DNA from: an uncultured Coriobacteriaceae bacterium
GTDB taxonomy: Bacteria > Actinomycetota > Coriobacteriia > Coriobacteriales > Coriobacteriaceae
DNA length: 64,000 bases
Assembly (NCBI GenBank): GCA_949287085.1
Contig: CASEER010000004.1
Coordinates: 16,319 to 80,318 of the forward strand
Direction of reading: 5' to 3'
Part shown: positions 31,039-41,224 of the stretch, in pieces
Layout of the letters: each line of letters begins with the position of its first letter
Position numbering within the stretch: the first letter of the stretch is position 1
Notes under the pieces: generated by a model
What the model was told of the DNA's origin: nothing
What the model saw: the letters and a program-made list of their open reading frames with translations, nothing else
The model's database searches: none
Program-made: the position numbers and the translations under genes

Positions 31039-31214
31039 CGCTGCCGTACGGCGCCGGGATCCCCGTTATTTATTCGCTGGTCCTCACGATTCAGCTTCCG
31101 CTGAATCGCTGCGGAATCGCTCAGAAAATAAACCCCAAACCCCGCGCGCCCCGTATCGGTGTCAAAGCCGTGGTATCATCATGCGGTTTGTTAGATGCAT
31201 TGAGGAGGATTTGC

Positions 31215-32955
31215 ATGTCGCGTTCTCGAGTTGCTCGCATGTCGAAGCTCTATGCGCCAACGCTCAAGGAGGATCCGGCGGAGGCGGAGCTCGCTAGCCA
31301 CAAGCTCATGCTGCGCGCTGGCTTTATTCGTAAGGTTGCCTCGGGCCTGTACAGCTACCTACCGCTCGCCTGGCGCTCCATCCATAAGATAGAGGAGATC
31401 TGTCGCGACGAGATGGACGGCATCGGTGCACAGGAGATGCTCGCCCCGATTCTGACTCCCGCCGAGCTTTGGGAGGAGTCGGGCCGCATCGGCGCGTATG
31501 GCCCCGAGCTCATGCGTCTTGAGGATCGTCATAACCGCACGTTCTGCCTGGGCCCCACCCACGAGGAGACCTTTACCGACCTCGTGCGCAACGAGCTCAA
31601 GAGCTATAAGCAGCTGCCCGTGACGCTCTATCAGATCCAGGACAAGTTCCGCGACGAGCTCCGTCCGCGCTTTGGCCTTATGCGCGGTCGTGAATTCATC
31701 ATGAAAGACGCCTACAGCTTTTCTGCTACGCAGGAGAGCCTGCAGGAGGTCTATGAGGACATGAAGGGCGCCTATGCGCGCTACTGCGAACGCTGCGGGC
31801 TCAAGGCGCTGCCCGTGGCGGCTGATTCAGGCGAAATCGGCGGCGACTCCTCCATCGAGTACATGGCGCTTGCCGATGCAGGCGAGGCATCACTCGTGTG
31901 GTGCGATTGCGGCTTCGCGGCGGACGACGAGGCCGCCTCGACGACGGTTGCCGTCACCGATGGCCCGGGCGACGGCACGCTCCAGAAGGTCGAGACGCCG
32001 GGTTTGGGCACCATCGAGGCCGTTGCCGAGTTCTTCGGCTTCCCCAAGAACGGCACGCGCAAGTCGCTCGCTCTGATTGACGGCGACGGCATGCCCGTGG
32101 TGGCCATCGTTCCGGGCGACCACGAGCTCAACGAGATCAAGGCTGCCAAGGTCTTTGGCGACTACCACATGATGACCGATGACGAGCTTGAGGCCACGGG
32201 GTTGCACAAGGGCTTTATCGGGCCGGTCAACCTGCCCGAGGGCGTGCGCCTGGTGTGCGATTCGTCCCTCAAGGCTTCGAAGAGCTGGACCTGCGGTGCC
32301 AACGAGGTGGATTACCACGTTACGGGCGCCTGCCCCGGCCGCGATTTTACCGTGGACGAGTGGGCCGATCTGGTGACCGTCATTCCCGGCGATCCCTGCC
32401 CGCACTGCGGGCAGCCGCTCAAGGGCGGGCGTGGCATTGAGTGCGGCCAGGTCTTCCAGATCGGCCCCGATAAGTACGCCGCCAAGATGGGTGCCACCTT
32501 TGCCGACGAGAACGGCCGCGAGCAGCCGTTCTACATGGGCTGCTATGGTATTGGCATCTCGCGAACGCTTGCGGCAATCGTGGAGCAGCATCATGACGAG
32601 AACGGCATCGTGTGGCCGGTCTCGGTGGCGCCGTACGAGGTATCCGTCATCGCGCTTGACAAGAAGCATCGCGCTTGACAAGAAGGGCGAGGCGTTTGAA
32701 GAGGCTGCGCACATTGCCGACGAGTTTGCCGCTGCTGGTATTGAGGTCGTCTTTGACGACCGCGGCGAGCGCCCGGGCGTAAAGTTTGCCGACAACGACC
32801 TTATGGGCTTCCCGTATCAGGTCATCGTGGGCAAGCGCGGTCTGGCCAACGGTACCGTCGAGGTGAAGTGTCGTGCCACGGGTGAGCGTACCGACGTTGC
32901 GCGCGCCGACTTGGTAGCCACCGTTGGCGATCAGGTGCGTGCTGCACGCGCCTAG
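31215..32955 (+). CDS. proS: Proline-tRNA ligase, frameshifted as given (stop at 32678; anticodon-binding domain continues in another frame to 32955)
   Basis: [33 protein letters not shown], editing (INS) domain, MGCYGIG; second frame carries [18 protein letters not shown]. Confidence 0.95.
32648..32685 (+). repeat. Perfect 19-bp tandem duplication inside proS
   Basis: CATCGCGCTTGACAAGAAG x2 (32648-32666, 32667-32685). Confidence 0.97.
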
Positions 32956-33123
32956 ACATACAGCACGCTCAACTACCGTCTACGATGAGGGGGGCCCTGA
33001 ATGCTCAGGCGGGCGTTCAGGGCCCTTGGCGTGGGCGGACGTTAGGACAGCGCTCAGCTCGCCTAGGGCACACTTGCCTCTTAGCGGTAGCGGCTGTGTC
33101 GACGACCAGAAGCGCCGTGCATG

Positions 33124-33156
33124 AAAAAAGCTCGAGGTCACCGTGACCTCGAGCTT
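33124..33156 (-). terminator. Terminator downstream of tRNA-Ile2
   Basis: AAGCTCGAGGTCAC-C-GTGACCTCGAGCTT, with an A tract on + (U tract on -). Confidence 0.75.
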
Positions 33157-33164
33157 GCTTGTTA

Positions 33165-33240
33165 TGGTGGGCCCAGCAGGATTCGAACCTGCAACCCAGG
33201 GATTATGAGTCCCCTGCGCTAACCGTTGCGCCATGAGCCC
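33165..33240 (-). tRNA. tRNA-Ile2 (anticodon CAT, lysidine type); elongator Met less likely
   Basis: GGGCTCATGGCGCAACGGTTAGCGCAGGGGACTCATAATCCCTGGGTTGCAGGTTCGAATCCTGCTGGGCCCACCA; ileX-like GACTCATAATC arm; paired 1-72 so not the initiator. Confidence 0.85.
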
Positions 33241-33250
33241 GCAGCATATG

Positions 33251-33279
33251 AAAACAGCTCCTGGTTTCCCAGGAGCTGT
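33251..33279 (-). terminator. Terminator-like hairpin between tRNA-Ala and tRNA-Ile2
   Basis: Minus strand ACAGCTCCTGG-GAAA-CCAGGAGCTGT-TTT. Confidence 0.65.
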
Positions 33280-33289
33280 AAACATCCAA

Positions 33290-33365
33290 TGGTGGAGACG
33301 AGGGGGATCGAACCCCTGACCTCTTGACTGCCAGTCAAGCGCTCTCCCAGCTGAGCTACGCCCCC
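33290..33365 (-). tRNA. tRNA-Ala(GGC)
   Basis: Cloverleaf, anticodon loop CTGGCAG, G3-U70, encoded CCA; promoter TTGCAA-17-TATAGT on - at 33410-33382. Confidence 0.97.
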
Positions 33366-33679
33366 AAGCGGTGCGGCAATTACTATACGGAAACCACTGC
33401 TGCATTGCAAGTACCTATGTCAACTTTTTCATATTGTGCATAGCTCCTCATGATTTGCTAATGTGAGGTATCAACTGTAAGGTATCAACTTGATGAACCC
33501 CTTGCCACGTTTGAGCCTATCTAAAATAGCCGCACACATGTTGCGTCTCATTGCTTAATCATGGAAATCCGCTGAGGCGTGACGTGTTTGGAAGGCACCC
33601 CGCGGGTCGGTAGAAGGTTTTTTGAAATTCATGCTTGCGCGCCGGGTCAAGTTCTCGTATATTACTTCTCGCACCAGAT

Positions 33680-33755
33680 GGGGGCGTAGCTCAGCTGGGA
33701 GAGCGCTTGACTGGCAGTCAAGAGGTCAGGGGTTCGATCCCCCTCGTCTCCACCA
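33680..33755 (+). tRNA. tRNA-Ala(GGC), identical second copy
   Basis: Exact reverse complement of 33290-33365; promoter TTGCGC-17-TATATT at 33635-33663; terminator 33768-33796. Confidence 0.97.
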
Positions 33756-34008
33756 TCTTGTTTGCTTGAGCCTCTGCATTGCAGGGGCTTTTTTTATATT
33801 AAGCCAGGTCATGCAACCGTTGAGCCCATGTAAGCTCACCAAGTCCTTCCGTAACGCCGGCTTAGCGACATACTCGACGTCTAGCGTCATACTGACCGCC
33901 CTTTTGGGTGGGGATACAAGCCGTTTTCCATAAAGTTTGGATTTGCTCAAAATTCTCGTTGGCAATCTCTTGCCTCCGTGGTACTATAGCTACCGCTGAA
34001 AAGCATAC

Positions 34009-34083
34009 GGGCGTTTGGCTCAGGGGTAGAGCACTTCCTTCACACGGAAGGGGTCACAAGTTCAAATCTTGTAACGCCCACCA
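34009..34083 (+). tRNA. tRNA-Val(CAC)
   Basis: CTTCC-TTCACAC-GGAAG anticodon arm, CCA end; promoter TTGGCA-17-TACTAT at 33959-33987. Confidence 0.96.
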
Positions 34084-34234
34084 TCACAACGAACGGGGCC
34101 GGGGAGCAATCCTCGGCCCTTTTGCTATCATACGATGCGCTGATGAATTCCAGCGGTGATAGGATGCAGCCGGACCCAAGCGATTGCGCGTACTCTGCCC
34201 GGCACCTCTGTTGCCGCTGAGATGAGGTGGGGTC

Positions 34235-36268
34235 ATGATTCTTTCGGTTGATAAGATTGAAAAGAGCTTTGGCGCACGCACGCTCTTTAGCGGCGCCTCG
34301 TTTCAGATTAACCCGGGCGACCGCTTTGCCCTGGTGGGCCCCAACGGCGCCGGCAAAACCACCCTCCTCAAAATCATCATGGGCATCGATGCGCCCGATG
34401 CGGGCTCCATCACCTTTGCCAAGGACGTTAACGTGGGCTATCTGGAGCAGGAGACCAAGCTTGCCTCCGACGTTCCCGTAATCGATGAGGTCATGAACGC
34501 CGCCCATGAGATCCAGGAGCTTGGACGCCGAGCAGAGGAGCTGCAGCTCAAGATTGCTGAGGTGGGGGAGACGGGCGATGTACCCGAGGCGCTGCTCAAT
34601 GAGTACGGTCGCGTTCAGGACCGCTTCGAGGGGCTTGGCGGTTATGAGCTCGAGAGCAACGCGCGCCAGATTCTCGCGGGCCTGGGATTTCCCGTTGAAG
34701 ACTTCCAGAAGCCCTGTCGCGAGTTCTCGGGCGGCTGGCAGATGCGCATCGCGCTCGCGAAGCTCTTCCTGCGCCATCCGGACCTGTTGCTTCTCGACGA
34801 GCCCACGAACCACCTCGACCTCGAAAGCGTCCAATGGCTGCGGAGCTTTATCGCTTCCTACGAGGGCGCCGTGCTCATCGTAAGCCACGACCGCGCGTTC
34901 ATGGACGCCTGCGTCGATCATGTGGCAGCGCTCGAGAACCGCCGCATCACCGTTTACACGGGCAACTACAGCTCCTATCTCAAGCAGCGCGAGGACAACC
35001 TCGAGCAGATGCGGGCCAAGCGCGCCGCGCAGGAGCGCGAGATCGCGCACATGCAGGTGTTTGTGGATAAGTTTCGCTATAAGCCCACCAAGGCAGCGCA
35101 AGCGCAGGAGCGCATCAAGAGGATCGAGCAGATCAAGAGCGAGCTCGTGATCCTGCCCGAGGGCCATAAGCACGTCGACTTCAAGTTTCCCGACCCGCCG
35201 CGCTCGGGCGACATGGTGGTCAAGCTCGAAAACGTTGCCAAATCCTATGGTGACCATCACATCTACAGCGGTATCGACCTCACGCTCTATCGCGGCGACC
35301 ACGTGGCGCTCGTGGGTCCCAACGGCGCGGGCAAGTCGACCATGCTCAAGATGCTCGTAGGGCTCGAGGAACCTACGCAGGGCACGCGTGAGCTAGGCGT
35401 GAACGTCGGCGTGGCCTACTATGCCCAGCATCAACTTGAGGGCCTCAATGAGTCCAACACGGTGCTCCAGGAGATCGATTCGGTGGCACCCGGTTGGACG
35501 GTGCCGCAGCAGCGCAGCCTCTTGGGCGCGTTCCTCTTTTCGGGCGACGATGTCGACAAGCGCGTCGGCGTGCTTTCGGGCGGTGAGCGCGCGCGGTTGG
35601 CGCTCGCCAAGATGCTCGTCGCGCCCGAGGCGTTGCTCTGCTTGGATGAGCCCACCAACCACCTGGATATCGACTCGGTCGACATGCTCGAAAACGCGCT
35701 CAAGCGGTTCCCGGGCACCATCGTGCTCATCAGCCATGATGAGCACCTGGTACGGGCCGTGGCAAACCGCGTCGTGGACATTCGCGACGGCAAGGTAACG
35801 GTCATTGACGGCGATTATGACTATTACCTCTACAAGCGCGAGGACCTGGCGGCGCGCGAGGCCATGGCTGCAGAAGATGCTGCCAAGGCGGCTGCCGCTG
35901 CCCCTGCGCCTAGCCAGCCCCGCGCCGCTCGAACGCACCGCACGGTTGAGGGAGCCCCGGTCCGCGAGGGCAAGAAGACGCGCGAGCAGCGCCGCGCCGA
36001 AGCCGAGGCGCGGGCGGCGCTCAACAAGCGCCTAAAAAAGACCCGCGACCGCTTAAAGCAGGTCGATAAAGAGCTTGAGACCAAGCGTGCCCGCTACAAC
36101 GAACTCATGGAGCTGATGGCCACCGACGAGCTCTACGCCGACCAAGATCGCTTTAGCGCGGCCCTCAGCGAATATAACGAGCTCAAGCAAACCATTCCCG
36201 CGCTTGAGGACGAGTGGCTCGAGCTTTCCACCACGATTGAGGAGGAGACCGCCCATGGATGCGCGTAA
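34235..36268 (+). CDS. ABC-F family ribosome-associated ATPase (Uup/YdiF-like)
   Basis: Two GPNGAGK cassettes, two LDEPTNHLD, inter-ABC linker, C-terminal coiled coil, no TM segments. Confidence 0.93.
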   Translation: MILSVDKIEKSFGARTLFSGASFQINPGDRFALVGPNGAGKTTLLKIIMGIDAPDAGSITFAKDVNVGYLEQETKLASDVPVIDEVMNAAHEIQELGRRAEELQLKIAEVGETGDVPEALLNEYGRVQDRFEGLGGYELESNARQILAGLGFPVEDFQKPCREFSGGWQMRIALAKLFLRHPDLLLLDEPTNHLDLESVQWLRSFIASYEGAVLIVSHDRAFMDACVDHVAALENRRITVYTGNYSSYLKQREDNLEQMRAKRAAQEREIAHMQVFVDKFRYKPTKAAQAQERIKRIEQIKSELVILPEGHKHVDFKFPDPPRSGDMVVKLENVAKSYGDHHIYSGIDLTLYRGDHVALVGPNGAGKSTMLKMLVGLEEPTQGTRELGVNVGVAYYAQHQLEGLNESNTVLQEIDSVAPGWTVPQQRSLLGAFLFSGDDVDKRVGVLSGGERARLALAKMLVAPEALLCLDEPTNHLDIDSVDMLENALKRFPGTIVLISHDEHLVRAVANRVVDIRDGKVTVIDGDYDYYLYKREDLAAREAMAAEDAAKAAAAAPAPSQPRAARTHRTVEGAPVREGKKTREQRRAEAEARAALNKRLKKTRDRLKQVDKELETKRARYNELMELMATDELYADQDRFSAALSEYNELKQTIPALEDEWLELSTTIEEETAHGCA

Positions 36269-36551
36269 CTCTGCTGCCGTCGCTCTCAATATCCTTGCCT
36301 ACGTCTTTCGCCTCTGCGCCATTGCGCTGTGCCTGCTCGTGATCATCCTGTGCTTCTCGGGCTTGGTTACGCGGTTGGGGCTCGTTAACTTCGTCGTCGA
36401 TCTTTCGCGCGCCCTGCCAAGCGTCATCGCGGGCTGGGGCGTCATCGCCTCGCCCTTTGGCGGCATCTTCCGCCTCGATTACACCGTGGTTGCCGTGGTG
36501 CTGTTTGTGCTCGACTTTGTGTGCACGCGTGCATCGCGGGCGCTTCGCTAG
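36255..36551 (+). CDS. Small hypothetical membrane protein
   Basis: GAGGAG RBS, hydrophobic helices, fills the gap between flanking genes. Confidence 0.65.
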   Translation: MDARNSAAVALNILAYVFRLCAIALCLLVIILCFSGLVTRLGLVNFVVDLSRALPSVIAGWGVIASPFGGIFRLDYTVVAVVLFVLDFVCTRASRALR

Positions 36552-36562
36552 GTGGCGATACG

Positions 36563-37261
36563 ATGGACCGGTTGGTTTCGCTCCTTATTGCCGCGCTCGC
36601 TGCGATCATCGGCATCGTGGTGCATGAGAGCGCGCACGCCCTTGCGGCCTATGCGCTGGGCGATGCCACGGCGCGCTCGCGCGGGCGCGTGTCGCTCAAC
36701 CCGTTAAAGCACATCGATCCCTTTGGCACGGTTATCTTGCCCCTGCTCATGATTCTTGCAGGTGGACCGGTGTTTGCCTATGCCAAGCCGGTGCCCGTGT
36801 ATCTGGGCAACCTTAAGCATCCCAAGCGCGACGAGATTATCGTGGCGCTTGCGGGTCCCCTCTCCAATATGCTGCTCGCGGTGGTGTTCGCGCTGCTGCT
36901 GCGCGGCGCGGCCACCGTACTCACCGATGCGGTCTACGGCTTGGTGCCCCTGCGGGCCCTGTGGCTGGGCGTGCTCAACGGGTTGGTGACCCTCTGCGTT
37001 GCGAGCCTCACGACCAACCTGTCCCTTGCGTTCTTCAACCTGATCCCGCTGCCACCGCTCGATGGATCGTCGGTTTTGCTGCTGTTTCTTAAGGGTGAGG
37101 CGCTGCAAACGTACTACCGTGTGCAGCAGTATGCCATGCCCATCTTGGTCATCGTGCTGTACCTGCTGCCGTCGATCACGGGGATCGACCTCATTGGAGC
37201 GTATTTCAACGTGACGGTGTATCCGCTCGCCAATGCGCTCTTTAACCTTGCCCTTGCTTAA
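36563..37261 (+). CDS. Site-2 protease family protein (M50)
   Basis: HESAH, LNPLKHIDPFG, AGPLSN, FNLIPLPPLDG. Confidence 0.92.
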   Translation: MDRLVSLLIAALAAIIGIVVHESAHALAAYALGDATARSRGRVSLNPLKHIDPFGTVILPLLMILAGGPVFAYAKPVPVYLGNLKHPKRDEIIVALAGPLSNMLLAVVFALLLRGAATVLTDAVYGLVPLRALWLGVLNGLVTLCVASLTTNLSLAFFNLIPLPPLDGSSVLLLFLKGEALQTYYRVQQYAMPILVIVLYLLPSITGIDLIGAYFNVTVYPLANALFNLALA

Positions 37262-37389
37262 CGCGGACGCACTGGTGCGCGTTCATTCGGCGGAGTTCGC
37301 TTGCCGCGGCTAACGGCACGCCTTGCGCTGGGCAAACTACGGTAAACTGTATAGGTTCGGGCACGTGATAAGTCAGAAAGAGGTGGGGA

Positions 37390-38298
37390 ATGTCGTATCG
37401 CGTCTCAACGCAGGCGTATAGCGGTCCCTTTGACCTCTTGCTGCAGTTGGTGAGCCGCCAAAAGGTGGACATCGGCGCCATCTCCATCTCTGAGGTTGCC
37501 GAGCAGTATCTGGCTGAGGTTGAACGCCTCGAAGCGCTCGATTTGGACGTCGCAAGCGATTTTTTGCTGGTTGCGGCCACCCTGCTCGATATCAAGGCAG
37601 CGGCGTTAGTGCCCTCCGAGCGGCCTACGCGTGCCGACGATGTGGACGATCTGGATGATGAGTATGCGGGCCTTGATGGCGATGCCCTGCGCGAGGTGCT
37701 CATCCAGCGACTGATCGCGTACAAGCAGTTCAAGGGAGCCGCGGCGGCCTTGGGTGCCCGCATGGAGGCAGAAAGCCGCATGCATCCGCGTGTTGCCGGC
37801 CCCGACCCCGAGTTTCTCAACCTTATGCCCGACTATCTCGCGGGCATCACTTTGCGTGGCTTGGCGGTGATTTGCGCCGATTTGGATGGCCGTCGTGAGA
37901 CCTTCCTGCTTGAGGCCGAGCATGTGGCGCCTAAGCGTGTGCCGCTCGAGCTCACCGTGGCCTCGGTCGACCGCTTTACCATGGCAAACGCGCACACCAC
38001 CTTCCGCAAGCTGCTTGAGGAAAGCCCCACCACAGAACAGCTGGTGGTTACCTTTCTGGCTATTTTGGAGCTTGCCAAGCGCGGCTCGATCACGCTTGAG
38101 CAGGATGATCTGTTTGGCGAGATTCGCATTGACCGCGTGGAGGGCGCGCTCGAATATCACCCTGAGGCAGAGCCCACCACGGCCGACGGCGACTCTAACC
38201 AGCCTATGCCCGACGCCGCTCTGGCTGCGTCAGAGCCCACGGCATCGCCCGCTACGCCTGCAACCGACACGCCGGACACTCCGGCGCGCATCGCATAA
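37390..38298 (+). CDS. scpA: Segregation/condensation protein A
   Basis: GPFDLLLQL, FLLVAATLLDIK, TFLAILEL. Confidence 0.93.
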   Translation: MSYRVSTQAYSGPFDLLLQLVSRQKVDIGAISISEVAEQYLAEVERLEALDLDVASDFLLVAATLLDIKAAALVPSERPTRADDVDDLDDEYAGLDGDALREVLIQRLIAYKQFKGAAAALGARMEAESRMHPRVAGPDPEFLNLMPDYLAGITLRGLAVICADLDGRRETFLLEAEHVAPKRVPLELTVASVDRFTMANAHTTFRKLLEESPTTEQLVVTFLAILELAKRGSITLEQDDLFGEIRIDRVEGALEYHPEAEPTTADGDSNQPMPDAALAASEPTASPATPATDTPDTPARIA

Positions 38299-38307
38299 GG
38301 GGAGCGT

Positions 38308-39021
38308 ATGAACGACCTTGAACCACTCAGCCCGCTATCTCCTAAGGGCGCCATCGAGGCGCTGCTCCTGGTTTCGAGCGACCCGGTGAGCGCCAGCGCG
38401 CTCGCTCAGGCCGTAGACATCACCCCGGGCGAGGCCGCGTCGCTTTTAGCCGAGCTCAAGGTGGAGTACGAGGAAGCTAACCGCGGCTTTCAGCTTCGCG
38501 AGGTCGCGGGTGGCTGGCGCCTGTTTACGCATCCGGCATATCATGACATCGTCGAGGCGTATGTGCTCTCGTGGGATACCCAGAAGCTCTCCCAGGCCGC
38601 GCTCGAGGCGCTCGCCGTTATTGCCTACCATCAGCCGGTTACGCGCGAGACGGTCAAAGGCATTCGCGGTGTTAACTCCGACGGGGTGATCTCGTCGCTC
38701 GTGGACAAGGGGCTCGTGCGCGAGGTGGGGCGTGATCCGCAGCGTGGTCAGGCGATTCTCTACGGCACTACCAACGCCTTCTTGGAGAAGTTCGGCCTGC
38801 GCTCGACCAAGGACCTGCCCGATTTGGAGCAGTTTGCCCCCGACGAGCAGGCGCGTCAATTTATTCGCGAGCGCCTGTCGGGCCGCTCGATCCAATCGAC
38901 GCTCGAAGAGGCGGCGGACGACCTGGACGAGGAGCGCGACCTGATGGGCGACGATTATGACGACGAGCCCGATGACGATCTGATCATCGTGGGCAATGCA
39001 ACGGACGACTACGATGACTGA
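38308..39021 (+). CDS. scpB: Segregation/condensation protein B
   Basis: LSQAALEALAVIAYHQPVTR, IRGVNS, YGTT..FL..FGL. Confidence 0.95.
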   Translation: MNDLEPLSPLSPKGAIEALLLVSSDPVSASALAQAVDITPGEAASLLAELKVEYEEANRGFQLREVAGGWRLFTHPAYHDIVEAYVLSWDTQKLSQAALEALAVIAYHQPVTRETVKGIRGVNSDGVISSLVDKGLVREVGRDPQRGQAILYGTTNAFLEKFGLRSTKDLPDLEQFAPDEQARQFIRERLSGRSIQSTLEEAADDLDEERDLMGDDYDDEPDDDLIIVGNATDDYDD

Positions 39022-39790
39022 ACCTGAAGCCGCCTATCCCCATACCATGCGCTTGCAACGCTTTTTGGCGCGCGCCGGCGTGGCAAGCCGCCGTGGATCA
39101 GAAAACCTTATGACCGCCGGCCGCGTGACGGTCAACGGCCAGGTGGCAAGCGAGCTGGGCACCAAGGTGGACGTTGACCGCGATGTGGTGGCCGTCGACG
39201 GGTGCCGCGTAGAGCTGGCGGCGGGCCCCGTGTACCTCATGCTCAACAAGCCCGCGGGATACCTTACGACCATGAGCGACCCGCAGGGACGCCCCACGGT
39301 GGCGGAGCTCGTGCCCACGTCAACCTATCCGGGCCTCTTCCCGGTGGGTCGGCTCGACTTCGACACCACGGGGCTCTTGCTCTTTACCACCGACGGCGAC
39401 CTGGGACAGGCTCTGCTCCACCCATCGCATCATGTGGATAAAACCTACGTTGCCCATGTTGACGGGCGCGTGACGGGGAAGGACCTGGAGCCGCTCTGCC
39501 GGGGCATCGTGCTTGACGATGGTCCCTGCCAGCCCGCGCGGTGTCGCGTGCTTAAGCCGGGACAAGCGTTATGCGTTTGTCCGCAGGGCATTCCGCGGGG
39601 CACGTCGGTGGTCGAGGTCACCATTCACGAGGGTCGCAAGAACCAGGTCAAGCGCATGCTCTCTGCCGTGGGGCACCCGGTGCTTGCTCTGCACCGCCCC
39701 CGCTTTGGCTCGCTGCGCCTGGGCGACCTTGCGCCCGGGGCGTGGCGCCTTTTGACTGCGCAAGAGGTAGATTCCCTCAAACAGCGATAA
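39014..39790 (+). CDS. rluB: RluB/RsuA-family pseudouridine synthase
   Basis: S4 domain RLQRFLARAGVASRR, VGRLDFDTTGLLL, EGRKNQVKRM. Confidence 0.9.
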   Translation: MTEPEAAYPHTMRLQRFLARAGVASRRGSENLMTAGRVTVNGQVASELGTKVDVDRDVVAVDGCRVELAAGPVYLMLNKPAGYLTTMSDPQGRPTVAELVPTSTYPGLFPVGRLDFDTTGLLLFTTDGDLGQALLHPSHHVDKTYVAHVDGRVTGKDLEPLCRGIVLDDGPCQPARCRVLKPGQALCVCPQGIPRGTSVVEVTIHEGRKNQVKRMLSAVGHPVLALHRPRFGSLRLGDLAPGAWRLLTAQEVDSLKQR

Positions 39791-39818
39791 TGCATCTGGT
39801 AGGAAGGATTACGCACTC

Positions 39819-40502
39819 ATGATTGTTGCCATTGACGGACCCGCCGGCTCGGGTAAATCGACCATTGCGCGCGCGCTTGCCGAGCGCTTTGGCTTTGAGA
39901 AGCTCGACACGGGTGCCATGTACCGATCCGTCGCCTTTACGGCGCTCGACCGTGGTGTCGATCTTGATGACGAGGCTGCTGTGGACGATCTTGCGCGTAC
40001 CATAACGATTCGCGTGGTGCCGAGCGCAGAGGGTCCGCACATGACCGTTGATGGACGCGATGTGAGCCGCGAGATCCGCACGCCGCTCGTAGATGCCAAC
40101 GTGTCCAAGGTGTCCGCGTACCCGGGCGTGCGCGAGGCCATGCTGGAGCCGCAGCGGGCCGTAGCCGCCGAACACGATGTGGTGGCCGAGGGCCGCGACA
40201 TCGGTACCGTGGTGTTCCCCCATGCCGACGTGAAGGTGTTCCTGACGGCTGATCCGCGCGAGCGTGCGCGCCGCCGCGTGCTGCAGCGCCATGAGGGCGA
40301 GGCGGTTGACCTGGCTGCGCTTGAACCCGAGGTCGCGGAGACCCTTGCCGCTATCGAGCGCCGCGATGCGCTGGATGCCTCGCGCGATGTGGCTCCGCTC
40401 GTTGCCGCGAGCGATGCCGTGCAGATCGACTCCACGGCCTATACCATCGACGAGGTCACCGACCAGATTGCCGCCCTGATCGAGGAGGCGAAGCGCGCGT
40501 GA
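39819..40502 (+). CDS. cmk: Cytidylate kinase
   Basis: AIDGPAGSGKST, DTGAMYR, EGRDIGTVVFP. Confidence 0.97.
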   Translation: MIVAIDGPAGSGKSTIARALAERFGFEKLDTGAMYRSVAFTALDRGVDLDDEAAVDDLARTITIRVVPSAEGPHMTVDGRDVSREIRTPLVDANVSKVSAYPGVREAMLEPQRAVAAEHDVVAEGRDIGTVVFPHADVKVFLTADPRERARRRVLQRHEGEAVDLAALEPEVAETLAAIERRDALDASRDVAPLVAASDAVQIDSTAYTIDEVTDQIAALIEEAKRA

Positions 40503-41224
40503 GCAAGCTGTTTCAGCCCGCCGAGCACTACTATGACCAGGGGATGCGCGAAAACGCCTGGCAGATCCGCATGCTCTACTACGTGATCATCGCTGTGCTC
40601 TATGCGTTTTCGAAGATCATGTGGCGCTGGAAGATGGAAGGCGCCGAGGTCTTTGAGCACGAGGATAAAACCGGCGCCATCATCATCTCGAACCACACGT
40701 CCATGGCCGAGGTGGTGACCACCGTGTGCGACCTGGTGAAACGCGGCCACCGCGTACGCCCCATCATGAAGTCCGAATTTAACAGGAACCCCGTGGTGCG
40801 CTGGTTGTTCGCGCGCGTGGGCGGCATTCCCGTCGACCGCGGTACGGCCGACATGAGGTCGCTCCGCCGGGCTCAGCATGCTCTCCAGCGCGGCGAGGAC
40901 GTGCTCATCTATCCCGAGGGCACGCGTATCCGCACCGACGAACAACCCGTCGAGGTCCATGGCGGCTTTGCCCTGATTGCGAGCATGGCCAAGGCCGACA
41001 TCGTTCCCATGGCGGTATGCGGCTTCCGCGACATCACGCGCGACGGGCACCATTTCATGCGCCCCGTCAAGACGTGGATGCGCGCCGGCGAACCCGTGCG
41101 GTTTGACGAAGCCCCGCGCGACTTCAAGCGCAAGGAGCGCGCACAGTGGGTGGAAGACGAGGCCATTCGTCGCATGTACGCTATTCGCGACGAGCTGCGG
41201 GCCGAGCATCCTGGGAGGCGCTGA
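40499..41224 (+). CDS. plsC: Lysophospholipid acyltransferase (PlsC family)
   Basis: NHTS, PVDRG, YPEGTR. Confidence 0.85.
   Translation: MSKLFQPAEHYYDQGMRENAWQIRMLYYVIIAVLYAFSKIMWRWKMEGAEVFEHEDKTGAIIISNHTSMAEVVTTVCDLVKRGHRVRPIMKSEFNRNPVVRWLFARVGGIPVDRGTADMRSLRRAQHALQRGEDVLIYPEGTRIRTDEQPVEVHGGFALIASMAKADIVPMAVCGFRDITRDGHHFMRPVKTWMRAGEPVRFDEAPRDFKRKERAQWVEDEAIRRMYAIRDELRAEHPGRR

Noticed and set aside
33726-33965. Short minus-strand ORF with MTLDVEY resembling an integrase C-terminus next to tRNA-Ala
   Set aside because: No LGH or HxxR motifs, overlaps the tRNA and promoter, similarity too short to support
34235-36268. ABC-F as an antibiotic-resistance (ARE) determinant
   Set aside because: Core-genome context and Uup/YdiF-like architecture; no leader peptide or mobile context
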